This document shows positions 1-10,239 of a stretch of DNA of 64,000 nt, piece by piece (position 1 is the first letter of the stretch; the number at the start of each line of letters is the position of its first letter). The translations under genes and the position numbers were made by a program. The stretch comes from Myxococcota bacterium (GTDB lineage Bacteria > Myxococcota_A > UBA9160 > UBA6930), in assembly GCA_965223415.1 (NCBI GenBank), contig OZ245002.1:1152001-1216000 (forward strand), in the 5' to 3' direction. The notes beneath the pieces are model-generated. The model did no database searches. It saw nothing but the letters and a program-made list of their open reading frames with translations, and was not told the origin of the DNA.

Positions 1-1285
1 TCGTGAGCACCTGTCGGAGACGGACCGGGTCGGACTGGATCGCGGGGGGCACGTCTTCGCCGACGTGGACCGCGAGCTCGACGCCCTTGCGAAGGGCCGC
101 CTCCGTGACGACGTCGACCACCTCGTTCACCGCCTCGTTTACCTGGCAGGTGCTCTGCTGCAGCTCCAGCTTGCCGGCCTCGGCCTTCGAGAAGTCGAGG
201 ATGTCGTTGATGATGCCGAGCAGCTGTTCCGCCGAGCGGTGAACGGTCTTCATGTACCCGGTCTGCCGCCCGTCGAGGCTCGTCTCGAGCATGAGCTCGG
301 TCATCCCGAGCACGCCGTTCATCGGGGTCCGGATCTCGTGGCTCATGTTGGCGAGGAACTGCGACTTGGCGACACTCGCCTCCTCGGCCTGGCGGGCCAG
401 CTCGACGGCCTCGCTGGTGCGCGCCTCCAGCTGCGCAGTGCGCTCCTTGACCTGTCCTTCGAGATCGCGGCGGTGGCTCTCCACCTGCCCGCGGTAATCG
501 CGCAGGCGCTCGATCATGACGCCGAGGCCGTCGGCCAGCAGGCCCACCTCGTCTCCACCCCGGACGTCGACGCTGCGATCGAAGTTGCCCGCGGCGATGT
601 CCCGGGTGACTGCGGCGAGCTGACGCATCCGCGCCGTCGCGCTGCGGCTCGCGATCCAACCGAGCAGGGCGAGCCCCGCGGCCAGCAGGGCGAAGCCCGC
701 GAGCTCGTCGCGGGTCCAGCCCGGGCCCAGGTCCAGGGGAGTGGGGACCCGGATGGCGACCTGCACGAAGCCCAGCTCGCGAGGCAGCGGTCGTCCGACG
801 GGCTGGGAGGCGGCGAGCGCGGCGTCCGAGCGCACCGGAACGAACAGGTCGACGAGGTGCGCGTCGGATCCGTCCGTCCAGCGGACCGGCTCCGGGTGCT
901 GAGCCCGACGCGCGGTCGCCCGCACCGTCGCCGGCGGATCGCCGGCGGAGAGGAATACCTGCTTGGCCGCCTCCCCGAGCTCCGCGTCGAGGACCCGGAC
1001 GTACGCGATATCCCCTACCCGGCCGAGGGCGCCAAGGGCATCGGCCAACGCCTCCTCGCGGCCGGGGCCGGGCCCCCTGGCCAGCAGCGGCGCGAGCTGG
1101 CGGGCGATGCGGCTGCCGCGGGCCTCCACCTGCAGGTCGGCCTCGCGGGCGTCCCCCACCTGACCGAGCCAGGCGGTCCCCGCGACCGCCGTCGCGACGA
1201 GCAGAGCCGAGATCGCCGCGAGACGCGCCGCCAGTCCCCCGCGGAGCTGCGGTGCCGCGTCGGCCGGTTGCCAGCGCTCGCTCAT
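1..1285 (-). CDS. Membrane-bound sensor histidine kinase (TM, HAMP, HisKA), BarA/ArcB hybrid type; runs off the window edge
   Basis: Not in the ORF track (no stop in window). Manual translation from ATG 1285: MSERWQ...[15 protein letters not shown] (TM); H-box [24 protein letters not shown] near 290-360; [24 protein letters not shown]. Confidence 0.88.
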   Translation of the reverse strand, partial: MSERWQPADAAPQLRGGLAARLAAISALLVATAVAGTAWLGQVGDAREADLQVEARGSRIARQLAPLLARGPGPGREEALADALGALGRVGDIAYVRVLDAELGEAAKQVFLSAGDPPATVRATARRAQHPEPVRWTDGSDAHLVDLFVPVRSDAALAASQPVGRPLPRELGFVQVAIRVPTPLDLGPGWTRDELAGFALLAAGLALLGWIASRSATARMRQLAAVTRDIAAGNFDRSVDVRGGDEVGLLADGLGVMIERLRDYRGQVESHRRDLEGQVKERTAQLEARTSEAVELARQAEEASVAKSQFLANMSHEIRTPMNGVLGMTELMLETSLDGRQTGYMKTVHRSAEQLLGIINDILDFSKAEAGKLELQQSTCQVNEAVNEVVDVVTEAALRKGVELAVHVGEDVPPAIQSDPVRLRQVLT

Positions 1286-1411
1286 GCCGGCGTGGCCGAG
1301 ATGTCCCCCCGGGTCATCCCGCGCGGGGCGCGGGTAACGTGGGGGGGCGGGTCCGACGTGAGCATGGGATCTCCAGAGCACCGGGCCGTTGGGCACTTCG
1401 GCGCGACCGTC

Positions 1412-1438
1412 GCATCGGCCTCCCCGGTGCCCCGCTGA
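1412..1438 (-). promoter_or_regulatory. sigma28 (FliA/WhiG)-like promoter
   Basis: TCAG-N15-GCCGATGC upstream of the kinase; established consensus is TAAA/TCAA-N15-GCCGATAA. Confidence 0.55.
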
Positions 1439-1474
1439 AGCGGTTGCCGGAGGGCGAAAGCCCCGGGAAATGCG

Positions 1475-1502
1475 TCAGGTGCAGGCCCGGGACGGTCGAA
1501 AA
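1475..1502 (+). promoter_or_regulatory. sigma28-like promoter
   Basis: TCAG-N16-GTCGAAAA upstream of the MFP-DGC operon. Confidence 0.5.
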
Positions 1503-1533
1503 GGGGGGCTCGCGTACCTCGCTCGGAGACCTC

Positions 1534-2535
1534 GTGTCCGGATCGCCGCCCTCATGGATCGAATCGCCGCGGAAGATGATGGCGGCCGGAGCGCTGCTGG
1601 TGGTCCTCGTCGCGGCGGTGCCGGCGTTCATCGCGACCGAGCGAAGCCGCCCCGGCGAGCCGGCGATGGACACGGCCGGAGCGCCGCAACCGACCGCCGA
1701 GCCGATGCCCGCCGCGGACCCGCTCGCGCCCCCGCCGGACGATTGGCTGGCCCAGGAGGGCGAGCCGGCCCAGGCGCGAGTCAGCGAGGACCCGGACGGT
1801 GCCCTGGACTGCCTGGTCCAGCCTTCCCGGATCGTCGAGATCGGAAGCCAGACGATCGGGCTGATCGAGAAGATCCACGTGGAGCGCGGCGAGCGGGTCG
1901 AGGCCGACCAGGTCGTCGTGGAGCTCGAAGCCGGCGTCGAGGCCGAAGCGGTCCGGGTCGCGCGCATGCGCGCGTCCCTCGAGGGCTCCCTGCGCGCCCA
2001 CGAGGAGAGCGTCGCCCTCAGCAAGAAGCGCAAGCAGCGGGGCGCCAAGCTGTTCCGTCGGAACGCGGTCTCGGCCGACGCCCACGACGAGCTCGAATCC
2101 CAGGCCCGGCTCGCCCAGCACGAGCTGCTCCAGGCCCAGGAGGCGCGACGCCTTGCGGCGCTCGAGTTGCGGCAGGCGAAGGCCGTACTCGCGCGCCGCA
2201 CCCTGCACAGCCCGATCTCCGGCGTCGTCGTCGAACGCCTGCTCGAGGAAGGCGAGGTGGTGGACGAGGAGACGGTGCTGAGGATCGCCCGCATCGATCC
2301 CCTGCGCGTCGACGTGCTGCTCCCGGCGAGCCGCTACGGAACCGTGAAGGAAGGCATGCGGGCGACGATCTCGCCGGAGTTCCCGGTCGACGCGAGCGTG
2401 GTGGCCACGGTCGCCATCGTCGACCCGATCATCGACGCCGCGAGCGGCACCTTCAGCGTGCGGTTAGACCTTCCCAACGAGGACGGTCGGATCCCGGGTG
2501 GTCTCCACTGCACGGTGAAGTTCCTGGGCGAATAG
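1534..2535 (+). CDS. Periplasmic adaptor / membrane fusion protein (HlyD/RND MFP)
   Basis: N-terminal TM; lipoyl halves (IGSQTIGLIEKIHVERGERV; LHSPISGVVVERLLEEGE); coiled coil; VDPIIDAASGTFSVRLDLPN. Start is GTG 1534 after GGAG, or ATG 1576. Confidence 0.85.
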   Translation: MSGSPPSWIESPRKMMAAGALLVVLVAAVPAFIATERSRPGEPAMDTAGAPQPTAEPMPAADPLAPPPDDWLAQEGEPAQARVSEDPDGALDCLVQPSRIVEIGSQTIGLIEKIHVERGERVEADQVVVELEAGVEAEAVRVARMRASLEGSLRAHEESVALSKKRKQRGAKLFRRNAVSADAHDELESQARLAQHELLQAQEARRLAALELRQAKAVLARRTLHSPISGVVVERLLEEGEVVDEETVLRIARIDPLRVDVLLPASRYGTVKEGMRATISPEFPVDASVVATVAIVDPIIDAASGTFSVRLDLPNEDGRIPGGLHCTVKFLGE

Positions 2536-2541
2536 CCGCCG

Positions 2542-4026
2542 ATGGGCTCCTTCAGACCGATCGCACGGATCAGCTTCGGGCTGGTCCTGCTGACGAGCAC
2601 GATCCTGACAGGCCTCGACCTGGTCGGCTGGCTCCCTCGCCCCCAGGCGAGGGACGCGGAGCTTCGCGTCCACATCGCCGAATCGGTGGCGTCCCAGGCG
2701 ATGGCCGGAATCGACCGGGGCGACATGCGCGCCGTGCTTGGCTCCCTGAACATCGCCGTCGAGCGCAGCGAGGAGGTCGTGTCGGCGGGCGTTCGCTCGT
2801 CGAACGGGCGGCTGATCGCCCAGGCGGGCCCCCATGCCGAGGTCTGGAACCCTCCGGACGACGGCCGCTCGACCACCGAGCACATTCGCGTTCCCATCTT
2901 TCGCGACGGCGGCGAGTGGGGCGCGGTGGAGATCCGTTTCCAGGAGCCCCACGCGGACCTCGTCGGCAGCCTCTGGAACAACCCCCTGCTCCGGATCGTG
3001 GGCGTCGTCGGTCTGCTGGGCTTCGTGGCCTACGGGCTCTACATGCGCCGCACCCTCCGTTACCTCGACCCGTCGGCCGTCATTCCCACGCGGGTCCAGG
3101 CCACCCTCGACGTGATGACCGAAGGCGTCATCGTGATCGATCGCAGCGACGACGTCGTGATGGCCAACGAGGCCTTCGCCTCGAGGTTTTCCCTCCAGCC
3201 CGCGGACATGATGGGACGAAAGGCCTCTTCCTTCGGTTGGCGGGACCGGCGGGGCGAGGAGATCGTCGGCCAGCTGCCCTGGATGCGCGCCATGACCGAC
3301 GCCGAGCCCTTCGTGGGCGAGACGATCACCTTGAACCGCAGCGAGCAGGAACGCGTCGTGCTCACGGTCAACGGCGCGCCGGTCCTCGACGGTTGGGGCC
3401 GGCCCACCGGCGCGATCGTCACCTTCGACGACGTCACCGAGCTCGAACGCAACCGCGCGGAGCTGCAGCAGGCCCTCACCGAGCTCGAGAAGTCCCGCGA
3501 CGAGATCCGCCTCCAGAACGAGGAGCTCCAGCAGCTCGCCCGCAGCGACCCCCTGACCGGCGCCGCCAACCGGCGGAGCTTCATGGAGGACGTGGAGCCG
3601 CTCTTCTCACGCATCCAAGCCGACGGCGGCGAGCTCGCCTGCCTGATGGTGGACATCGACCACTTCAAGCGGGTCAACGACGAGCACGGCCACCTCACCG
3701 GCGACGAGGTGATCAAGCGCGTCGCCGAGGCCCTGATCTCCCAGCTCGGCGGAACCGGCATCGTGTGCCGGTACGGCGGCGAGGAGTTCTGCGTGGCCCT
3801 GCCGGACACCCTCCCGGAAGAAGCCGAAGCCCTGGGCGAGCGCGTGCGCCGCCAGATCGGGGCCCCGGGCTTCGCCAGCGTCCCGATCACCGCAAGCCTG
3901 GGGGTCGCTACGCTGCGAAGCGGCGCCTCCGACATCACCGCCCTGATCGACCAGGCGGACCAGGCGCTCTACTCCTCGAAGGAGAACGGGCGGAACCGGC
4001 TGACGCGGTTCGTCCGGACCTCCTGA
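2542..4026 (+). CDS. Membrane-anchored PAS diguanylate cyclase
   Basis: Two TMs, PAS, coiled coil, DPLTGAANRR, DIDHFKRVNDEHGHLTGD, RYGGEEF. Confidence 0.93.
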   Translation: MGSFRPIARISFGLVLLTSTILTGLDLVGWLPRPQARDAELRVHIAESVASQAMAGIDRGDMRAVLGSLNIAVERSEEVVSAGVRSSNGRLIAQAGPHAEVWNPPDDGRSTTEHIRVPIFRDGGEWGAVEIRFQEPHADLVGSLWNNPLLRIVGVVGLLGFVAYGLYMRRTLRYLDPSAVIPTRVQATLDVMTEGVIVIDRSDDVVMANEAFASRFSLQPADMMGRKASSFGWRDRRGEEIVGQLPWMRAMTDAEPFVGETITLNRSEQERVVLTVNGAPVLDGWGRPTGAIVTFDDVTELERNRAELQQALTELEKSRDEIRLQNEELQQLARSDPLTGAANRRSFMEDVEPLFSRIQADGGELACLMVDIDHFKRVNDEHGHLTGDEVIKRVAEALISQLGGTGIVCRYGGEEFCVALPDTLPEEAEALGERVRRQIGAPGFASVPITASLGVATLRSGASDITALIDQADQALYSSKENGRNRLTRFVRTS

Positions 4027-4067
4027 GGACGGGATCGGACGGTCGGGGCGGTGCGATCGACCTGCGC

Positions 4068-6056
4068 CTACTCCGCCGACCCCGCGAACGAAAGCGTCCG
4101 CTCCAACTCCGCCTCGCTCTTCATCAGCTGCGCCCGCTGCGCCGCATGGGCCCGCTCGAGTCGCCGCTGCACCCAGCCCACCCACGCGCGGGAGAGGCGC
4201 TCGCTGCCGGGCACGCTCCGGGCGACGAACGCGCGGAGGATGGCGATCGCCCAGGCCGGGCTGTGCTCCGCGAGCCAGGGGTCTTCGAGGGAGAGAATCT
4301 GCTCGAAGGAGCCGGCGTCGCCCTGGCGGCCGCAGCGGCCGAAGAGCTGGCGGTCGATGCGGCTGGCTTCGGCCCGTTCGACCGAGAGCACATGGAGGCC
4401 GCCGAGCTTCTCGACGTCGTCGGGGACGCGGATGTCCGAGCCGCGGCCGGCCATGTTCGTGGCCACGGTGACGCGCGCGCGCTCGCCGGCCTCACCGACG
4501 ATCTCGGCTTCGCCGGCGTCCTGGCGGGCGTTGAGGACGCGGTGGGGGAGGCGCGCGCGCTCCAGGATGGCGGCCAGCGCCTCCGAGGATCGGACGGAGT
4601 GGGTTCCCACCAGGACCGGACGACCGGAGGCGTGGAGACGACGCAGGCGCTGTACCACCGCGTTCGACTTCGCGGCGGCGGTCGGGAGGATCCGCACGCC
4701 CTGATCGATACGGCGGGAAGGGCGACGCGGCTCGACCCGGATCATCGGCAGGCCGTACACCTCGTCGATCTCGGGGCCGACCTCGCGGCCGGTGCCGGTC
4801 ATGCCGGCGAGCCGCAGGTAGCGACGGTAGAACTGCTGGTAGCTGATGCGCGCGATGGTCTCGCGCTCGCCGGAGACCTCGCAGCCTTCCTTGAGCTCGA
4901 TCATCTGCTGGAGGCCGCCCTCCCAGGAGCGATCGGGCATGGAGCGACCGGTCTGGGCGTCGACGATCTCGACCTTGCCATCGCGCACGATGTAGTCCTC
5001 GTCGCGCACGAAACCCCGCTGGGCGGTGAGGGCCACCCGGATCAGCTCGGCCCGACGCAGGGGCGCGTTCCAGACGCCGCCCTTGCCGGCCGAGAGGCCG
5101 GCGATCCTCTCGCGGCCGGAATCCGTGACGTCGGCACTGCGCCCGTCCCGCGAGAGCCGGAAGTCCCGGCCCTCCTCCAGGCCTTCGGCCACCTCCATGG
5201 CCTCGCGAACGATCTGCTCGAGTCCGGGAGCCGGCACGTTGCGGGAGAGGATGAGGGGCGTGCGGGCCTCGTCGATCAGCACGCTGTCCGCTTCGTCGAC
5301 GATCGCGAAGCACAGACCGCGCAGTAGGAGGCCCCTGCGGCCACCCTGCCCCGCCGCGCCGAGGCGCTTCACCTCGCCCCGCAGCAGCTCGCTGCGATTC
5401 GGGCGCTCGAGACGATCGCGCAGGTAGTCGAAGGCGACCTGCTTGTTCGTCACGTAGGTGACGTCGCAGGCGTAGGCCGCGCGTCGGATGTCGGGATCCG
5501 GGTCCGTGTCGATCACGGTTCCCACGCTCAGGCCGAGCGCCCGGTAGAGGGGCCCCATGATCTCGGCGTCGCGCTCGACCAGGTAGTCGTTCACGGTGAT
5601 CACGTGGACGGGCACGCCGGCCAGCGCCGCCACCGCGGCGGGGAGCGTGGCGGAGAGGGTCTTCCCCTCGCCGGTATCGAGCTCCACGAGCATGCCCTGG
5701 AGCATCGCCATGCCCGCCATGAGCTGGACCTCGAAGTGGGCCATCCCGAGCTCGCGACGCGCGTGCTCGCGCACCAGCGCGAGCGCCTCGTGGAGTGGAT
5801 CGCCCGCCAGCTCCCGCCGTAGGGCCGGCCGGACGTCGCCGAGGCGACGCACGAGCTCCTCGGCCGAGGCGTCTCGCAGCGCGTTGGAGCGGGCGACCAC
5901 TTCCCCGGCCCGCGCCGCCAGCTCCTCGGTGCCCAGGCGCTCGCCCCGCAGCCGCTCCCGGAGCCGGTTCACGCGGTGCTCGAGCTTCGGGGGACGAGGC
6001 TGCACGCGCTCCGGGTAGCCGCCGTGCAGCACGCCGGGCCGGAAGACCTCAGACAC
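4068..6056 (-). CDS. Accessory, C-terminally truncated SecA-like ATPase (~662 aa)
   Basis: ELDTGEGKT, VHVITVNDYLVERDA, FDYLRD, IVDEADSVLIDEARTPLILS, GMTGT, VATNMAGRGSDI, RIDRQLFGRCGRQGDAG. Ends soon after NBD2. GTG 6056 overlaps the upstream stop. Confidence 0.9.
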   Translation of the reverse strand: MSEVFRPGVLHGGYPERVQPRPPKLEHRVNRLRERLRGERLGTEELAARAGEVVARSNALRDASAEELVRRLGDVRPALRRELAGDPLHEALALVREHARRELGMAHFEVQLMAGMAMLQGMLVELDTGEGKTLSATLPAAVAALAGVPVHVITVNDYLVERDAEIMGPLYRALGLSVGTVIDTDPDPDIRRAAYACDVTYVTNKQVAFDYLRDRLERPNRSELLRGEVKRLGAAGQGGRRGLLLRGLCFAIVDEADSVLIDEARTPLILSRNVPAPGLEQIVREAMEVAEGLEEGRDFRLSRDGRSADVTDSGRERIAGLSAGKGGVWNAPLRRAELIRVALTAQRGFVRDEDYIVRDGKVEIVDAQTGRSMPDRSWEGGLQQMIELKEGCEVSGERETIARISYQQFYRRYLRLAGMTGTGREVGPEIDEVYGLPMIRVEPRRPSRRIDQGVRILPTAAAKSNAVVQRLRRLHASGRPVLVGTHSVRSSEALAAILERARLPHRVLNARQDAGEAEIVGEAGERARVTVATNMAGRGSDIRVPDDVEKLGGLHVLSVERAEASRIDRQLFGRCGRQGDAGSFEQILSLEDPWLAEHSPAWAIAILRAFVARSVPGSERLSRAWVGWVQRRLERAHAAQRAQLMKSEAELERTLSFAGSAE

Positions 6057-8196
6057 GGAGCTGGTCCATGAAGAGCCTGCGGACGCCGCGGGCGAGCCGG
6101 AAACCGATCGGCTCGGCGCCGTGCTCGAAGCGCACCCGCGCCAGTGCACCGAGGCCGGGAACGGACGCTCCGGGCTCGAGCCGCACGTCGAATTGGAAGA
6201 GCGACTCGAGGGCAGTCAGCCCCTGCTGGTCCCGGCTATCGACCGCGACCTCCCCACCGCCGGCGGCGCCGAGCGCCAGGCTCGGGAGGCGATCCGTGGC
6301 CTGGGGCACCTCGCGCTCCAGGCGGGCTTCACGTGTCGCGCTCGTACCCGGGAAGCGCACGCTCACGGCCCGCGTGGCCGCCCGGACCCAGGCGGCGTCT
6401 TCCTGCGGCACGACCACGCGCACAGTGGAGTCTCCGGCAATCTCCAGGTAGCCGATGACGGCCCCCTTCTCGAAGAAGCGGCCGGTCAAGTCCTCGGCGC
6501 GCGGCAGGACCAGACGTCCCGTGGCTTGTGCGCGGACGATCCCTTCCTCGAGCCGCTCGCGCGCGCGTCGCAGCTCTGCGCGAACCGAAGCCAGCTCGAC
6601 CCGCGCCACCTCGGCACCGACCCGGTCGCGGGGCTGCTTGGAATCGAGGCGCGCGCGTGCCTCCCGCTCGCGCGCCTCCAAGGCCCGCAGCTCCGCGGTG
6701 AGGAGGTCGTCGCGAATCTCGAGGAGAGGCGTGCCCGGCCCCACCTCGCTCCCGGGCTCGGCAAGGATCCGGTGCACCACGCCCCCCGCGCCGGCACGCA
6801 CCTGGGCCTGCTCCGGGAGCCAGACCACGCCCTCGGCGAGGGTCCACATCGGAAACGGCAGCACGAAGAGGAGCAGGGCCACGGCGACGACCGACGCCGC
6901 GGCACGGCCTGCCACCTGGAGCGGACGCTCTCCCACTCGCGGATCCCGGTGCAGTGCCAGCAGTCCCTTCGCGGCGGGGATTCCGACCTGCAGCACCAGG
7001 GACCAGATCGCGAGAGCGACGCCGACGCTGAAGAAGCGGCTGGCGACGAAGAGCGCGATCGAGGTGGTGAGGAAGATCCGATAGACGAAGGCCAGCACGC
7101 CGTAGCCGGCGAGCCAGACGCGTTCGTCAGGTGCGACCGCCTGGGGACGGCGCTCCGGAAGGCCCAGAATGCCCGTCTCGGCCAGGTAGCGCAGGTATTT
7201 GTTCGCGCGCGTCGCCAGATTCGGCATCTCGAGCGCGTCGGCCAGCACGTAGTAGCCGTCGAAGCGGATCAGCGGATTGCCGTTGAACAGCAGCGTGGAG
7301 ATGCCGCCGATCGCCATGACCTGGAACGCCGCCAGCTTGACGACTCCCGGTGAGACCGCGATCCAGAGGAACAGGGCGAGAGAGGCCAGGGCAAGCTCGA
7401 CGATCACCCCGGCAGCACCGACCACCATGCGCGGGCGCTTGCGCGGGAACACCCAGGTGCCGGAGGCATCGACGTAGGGCACGGGCATGCCGAGCAGCAG
7501 CATGATCCCGATCTCGTGGACCGGCGCGCCCCAGTGCTTCGCGGCGAAGGCGTGCCCCAGCTCGTGAAGCGTCTTCACGATGGGGTAGATCACGACGAGC
7601 ATCACCAGGCTCATCGGATCCCAGAGCATGTCCCGCGTGTAAGAGGCGAGCTCGCTTCCATGGGCCACCGCCGTCACACCGCCGGCGACGACGAGGAAGC
7701 ACCAGAGCCACCAGGCGATGCGCGTGAAGAGGGGCGCGACGCGGCCCCGATGGCGTTCGAGCCAGGCATCCGGGTCCCAGAGCGGGATGCGGACGTAGAG
7801 CGGGTTCTTGAAGCGGGTGGCGATCGACTGCTGGCGGGCGTGGTGGACATGGCGCGCAAAGAGCTGGCTCGTGTCGGGCGAGACGTCGCATAGCATCGCG
7901 TCCGCCGAGTTCAGCTGGGCGAGGAGCGCGATCATCTGGCCCTGGGTGGGTGCGTCGTCGCCCAGCCGGTCGAGGGCGGCGTCCCAGATCTCGGCGACCG
8001 TCCGCCGCCCGTCCATCTGGGAGACGACGAAGTGGGCCGAGGGCGGGAAGCGATGCTGCCGCCGCGCCGTCGCGTTCTCGAGGATGTACCAGCGCTGGCC
8101 CCGATAGACGTGCCGGTGGATGCGCACGTGGGCGCGGAGGCGCGGGCGCAGCTCGGCCACGCGGTACCAGAAGGGGCTGAACAGCCGCTCGCCCAC
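6049..8196 (-). CDS. PqqD-like + M50 (site-2 protease) + HlyD fusion protein
   Basis: N-terminal MDGRRTVAEIW...ALLAQL (PqqD-like); TMs with HELGH and NGNPLIRFDGYY; C-terminal lipoyl/coiled-coil adaptor. GTG overlaps the upstream TAG. Confidence 0.85.
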   Translation of the reverse strand: MGERLFSPFWYRVAELRPRLRAHVRIHRHVYRGQRWYILENATARRQHRFPPSAHFVVSQMDGRRTVAEIWDAALDRLGDDAPTQGQMIALLAQLNSADAMLCDVSPDTSQLFARHVHHARQQSIATRFKNPLYVRIPLWDPDAWLERHRGRVAPLFTRIAWWLWCFLVVAGGVTAVAHGSELASYTRDMLWDPMSLVMLVVIYPIVKTLHELGHAFAAKHWGAPVHEIGIMLLLGMPVPYVDASGTWVFPRKRPRMVVGAAGVIVELALASLALFLWIAVSPGVVKLAAFQVMAIGGISTLLFNGNPLIRFDGYYVLADALEMPNLATRANKYLRYLAETGILGLPERRPQAVAPDERVWLAGYGVLAFVYRIFLTTSIALFVASRFFSVGVALAIWSLVLQVGIPAAKGLLALHRDPRVGERPLQVAGRAAASVVAVALLLFVLPFPMWTLAEGVVWLPEQAQVRAGAGGVVHRILAEPGSEVGPGTPLLEIRDDLLTAELRALEAREREARARLDSKQPRDRVGAEVARVELASVRAELRRARERLEEGIVRAQATGRLVLPRAEDLTGRFFEKGAVIGYLEIAGDSTVRVVVPQEDAAWVRAATRAVSVRFPGTSATREARLEREVPQATDRLPSLALGAAGGGEVAVDSRDQQGLTALESLFQFDVRLEPGASVPGLGALARVRFEHGAEPIGFRLARGVRRLFMDQLRV

Positions 8197-9989
8197 TACG
8201 GCACCCAGGCCCACCAGGCCATGCGCAGCCAGTCCAAGGCGGAGTGGGTCCAGATCCACAGGAGACTGCGCCGCCCCACGTCGATCTTGGCAACTCCCTC
8301 CATGCCGGGACGGAGGCCCTCCCCCTTCCCTTCCAGGGCGGCTTCGACGCGAAAGAAGCTCCGGCCCTCCTCGGAGCTGGAGATGGGCGTCACCCGGCGC
8401 ACGGTGAAGGGCCGCGGCTCGCCCGGGTGCGCCTGGAGGGTGAGACGCCCCGAGTGGCCGGGCGCGACGAAGGCGATGTCTGCGCCGCCGACCTCGAGGA
8501 TCACCCGGTAGTCGTCGCGGGGCGCCACCTCGAACAGCACCTCTCCCCGCTCCACCGGCGAGCCCAGGGCCTGGGAGAGATCGCCGTGGGTGACCACGCC
8601 GTCGAAGGGCGCGACGAGGCGCGTGCGGCGGCCCTGCTCGCGGATCAGCGCCAGCTCCGCGTCGGCCTGCTCTACCTGGGCCTGGAGGATGCGCACCTGG
8701 GAGCGATCGGCCTCCGCCATCGCGGCGCGCAGCTCCTTGCGGCGCTGCTCCCGCTTCGCCTCCCATTTTCGCGCCTCGAGCCGCAGGTCCGCGTCTTCCA
8801 GGACGCCGAGCACGTCGCCCTTGCGCACGAGATCGCCCGCGCGGTGGCGGCTCTCGGCGACGAAGGCGGGCATGGGTGCGACGATGGCCCGTTGGACCGT
8901 GCCTTCGAGCTCGGCAGGTGCGGCGACCCGGTGGGTGGCGGGCAGGAGCGCCAGGGCGAGCAGCACGAAGACGAACAGCCCGATGCCGAGCCGCACGTTC
9001 AGGCGGTCGAGCCCCGCTGCCGTGGGCAGGTCTTCGGTGAGCAGGGTTCGCACCCTCGCTCCGAGGGGCGCCTGATCTCGCCGGGAGAGACCGAGCACCG
9101 GACCGAGCAGCGAAGCGAGCTGGCCGAGCCACGCGCGCACTGCCTCCGGTTGCTTCTTGCCCGGTGCGAACTCGACCAGGAGCGCTCCCGACAGCTCGTC
9201 GTCGTCGCGAAGGGGCAGCGTCCACACCGCCGAGAGGGCCTGCTCGTCGGCGAGCCGCCGATGGGCGGAGGCCGCCACGGGCGGCTCGCCTTCGGGCGGC
9301 GGATGCACGACCACCGCGTCCTGGTCGACGGCTTCCTGCATCGCCGCGACGAGGTCCTGGGCGAGACGAGAGCGCGGCTCGAGCTGAGCCGTGTGGGAGA
9401 CCGCCTCGAGCACGATCGCATCGCCCTCGATCCGTCCGAGGCTCACCCGCTCGGAGCCGAGCAGGCTCGCGAGCTCGGTGGCCAGGGCGAGGGAGGTCGC
9501 CTCCACCGGCCGCGGTTCCAGGGCGAGGGCCACCACGTCGAGGGTGCGCTCGGCACCGGGCGGTGCCAGGCCGGGCGGGCGCTCCTCCGCCTTGGGCGCG
9601 GGGCCCTGCCTGAGCGCCGGGGTTCGGACCGCCCATTCGAGCCACTCCACCGCCTGGACCAGCTCGCCGAGGGCGGCGGACTGTTCCCGCGGCGAGGAGG
9701 TGGGCTGCTCGACCACGGCCACGACGCGGAGCTCTCCCTGGCGACCCGGGGCGGCCAGCAGATCCGTCCCCTCGCGAGTGCGCACCAGCGAACGATCCGC
9801 GGCCAACGCCGATTGGGCGGCGGCGCGATGACCCTCCGGGTAGGGAGGACCGAGCGGGGCGTTCGGGGGATGCAGCGCGACGAGATCGGGAGGCCCGTCG
9901 GCGCTCTTCTGGAGCCACAGCGTACCGCGGGCCGATCGTTCGCCGGACTCGCAGTGGTGCATCAGCCACGCCTGGAGCAAGGGCTTCAT
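8196..9989 (-). CDS. GAF-domain HlyD-family membrane fusion protein
   Basis: GAF-like region (AAMQEAVDQDAVVVHP), one TM, then IVAPMPAFVAESRHRAGDLV and LVAPFDGVV...GSPVERGEVLFEVAP, LRPGMEGVAKI. Start is ATG 9989 or 10001. Confidence 0.85.
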   Translation of the reverse strand: MKPLLQAWLMHHCESGERSARGTLWLQKSADGPPDLVALHPPNAPLGPPYPEGHRAAAQSALAADRSLVRTREGTDLLAAPGRQGELRVVAVVEQPTSSPREQSAALGELVQAVEWLEWAVRTPALRQGPAPKAEERPPGLAPPGAERTLDVVALALEPRPVEATSLALATELASLLGSERVSLGRIEGDAIVLEAVSHTAQLEPRSRLAQDLVAAMQEAVDQDAVVVHPPPEGEPPVAASAHRRLADEQALSAVWTLPLRDDDELSGALLVEFAPGKKQPEAVRAWLGQLASLLGPVLGLSRRDQAPLGARVRTLLTEDLPTAAGLDRLNVRLGIGLFVFVLLALALLPATHRVAAPAELEGTVQRAIVAPMPAFVAESRHRAGDLVRKGDVLGVLEDADLRLEARKWEAKREQRRKELRAAMAEADRSQVRILQAQVEQADAELALIREQGRRTRLVAPFDGVVTHGDLSQALGSPVERGEVLFEVAPRDDYRVILEVGGADIAFVAPGHSGRLTLQAHPGEPRPFTVRRVTPISSSEEGRSFFRVEAALEGKGEGLRPGMEGVAKIDVGRRSLLWIWTHSALDWLRMAWWAWVP

Positions 9990-9997
9990 CCCCGGGA

Positions 9998-10025
9998 ACA
10001 TCGGCCTGCACGCCTGGTTTCCTGA
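9998..10025 (-). promoter_or_regulatory. sigma28-like promoter
   Basis: TCAG-N16-GCCGATGT, 8 nt before ATG 9989. Confidence 0.6.
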
Positions 10026-10131
10026 GGACTTCCAGCGGGTTGCCTCCCATCTCACCCCGGAATGAGGGTCTTCTGCCGCTTCGATGCGTCCTCTCGATCG
10101 ACTAAATTGTGTGATTTTCAACCCATTTTCT

Positions 10132-10159
10132 TCAAGCGAGGCTTCGGGCGCTCCGATGA
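10132..10159 (+). promoter_or_regulatory. sigma28-like promoter
   Basis: TCAA-N16-TCCGATGA upstream of the giant gene. Confidence 0.5.
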
Positions 10160-10239
10160 GTGCGGATACCGACCCCCGCGCACCGGCGCGAAGTGCCACG
10201 CCGGCGGGAGGGACACGAGCAGACAAGGAGAGCGCGCCT

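Noticed and set aside
65..1438. 457-aa plus-strand ORF
   Set aside because: Antisense to a clear histidine kinase on the minus strand.
1445..1510. c-di-GMP riboswitch upstream of the MFP-DGC operon
   Set aside because: Only a GGGC-GAAA-GCCC hairpin is present; the other conserved elements were not found.
1389..5327. 1312-aa Arg/Gly/Pro-rich ORF
   Set aside because: High-GC off-frame artefact overlapping the MFP, DGC and SecA genes.
4068..6056. Housekeeping secA, or a secA pseudogene
   Set aside because: Too short for housekeeping SecA, yet its motifs are intact and it is translationally coupled in the export operon, so it is best read as an accessory paralogue.
8197..10050. N-terminal half of the 1333-aa ORF as part of the M50 protein
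   Set aside because: Low-complexity off-frame read of the GAF-MFP gene; the real protein starts at GTG 8196.
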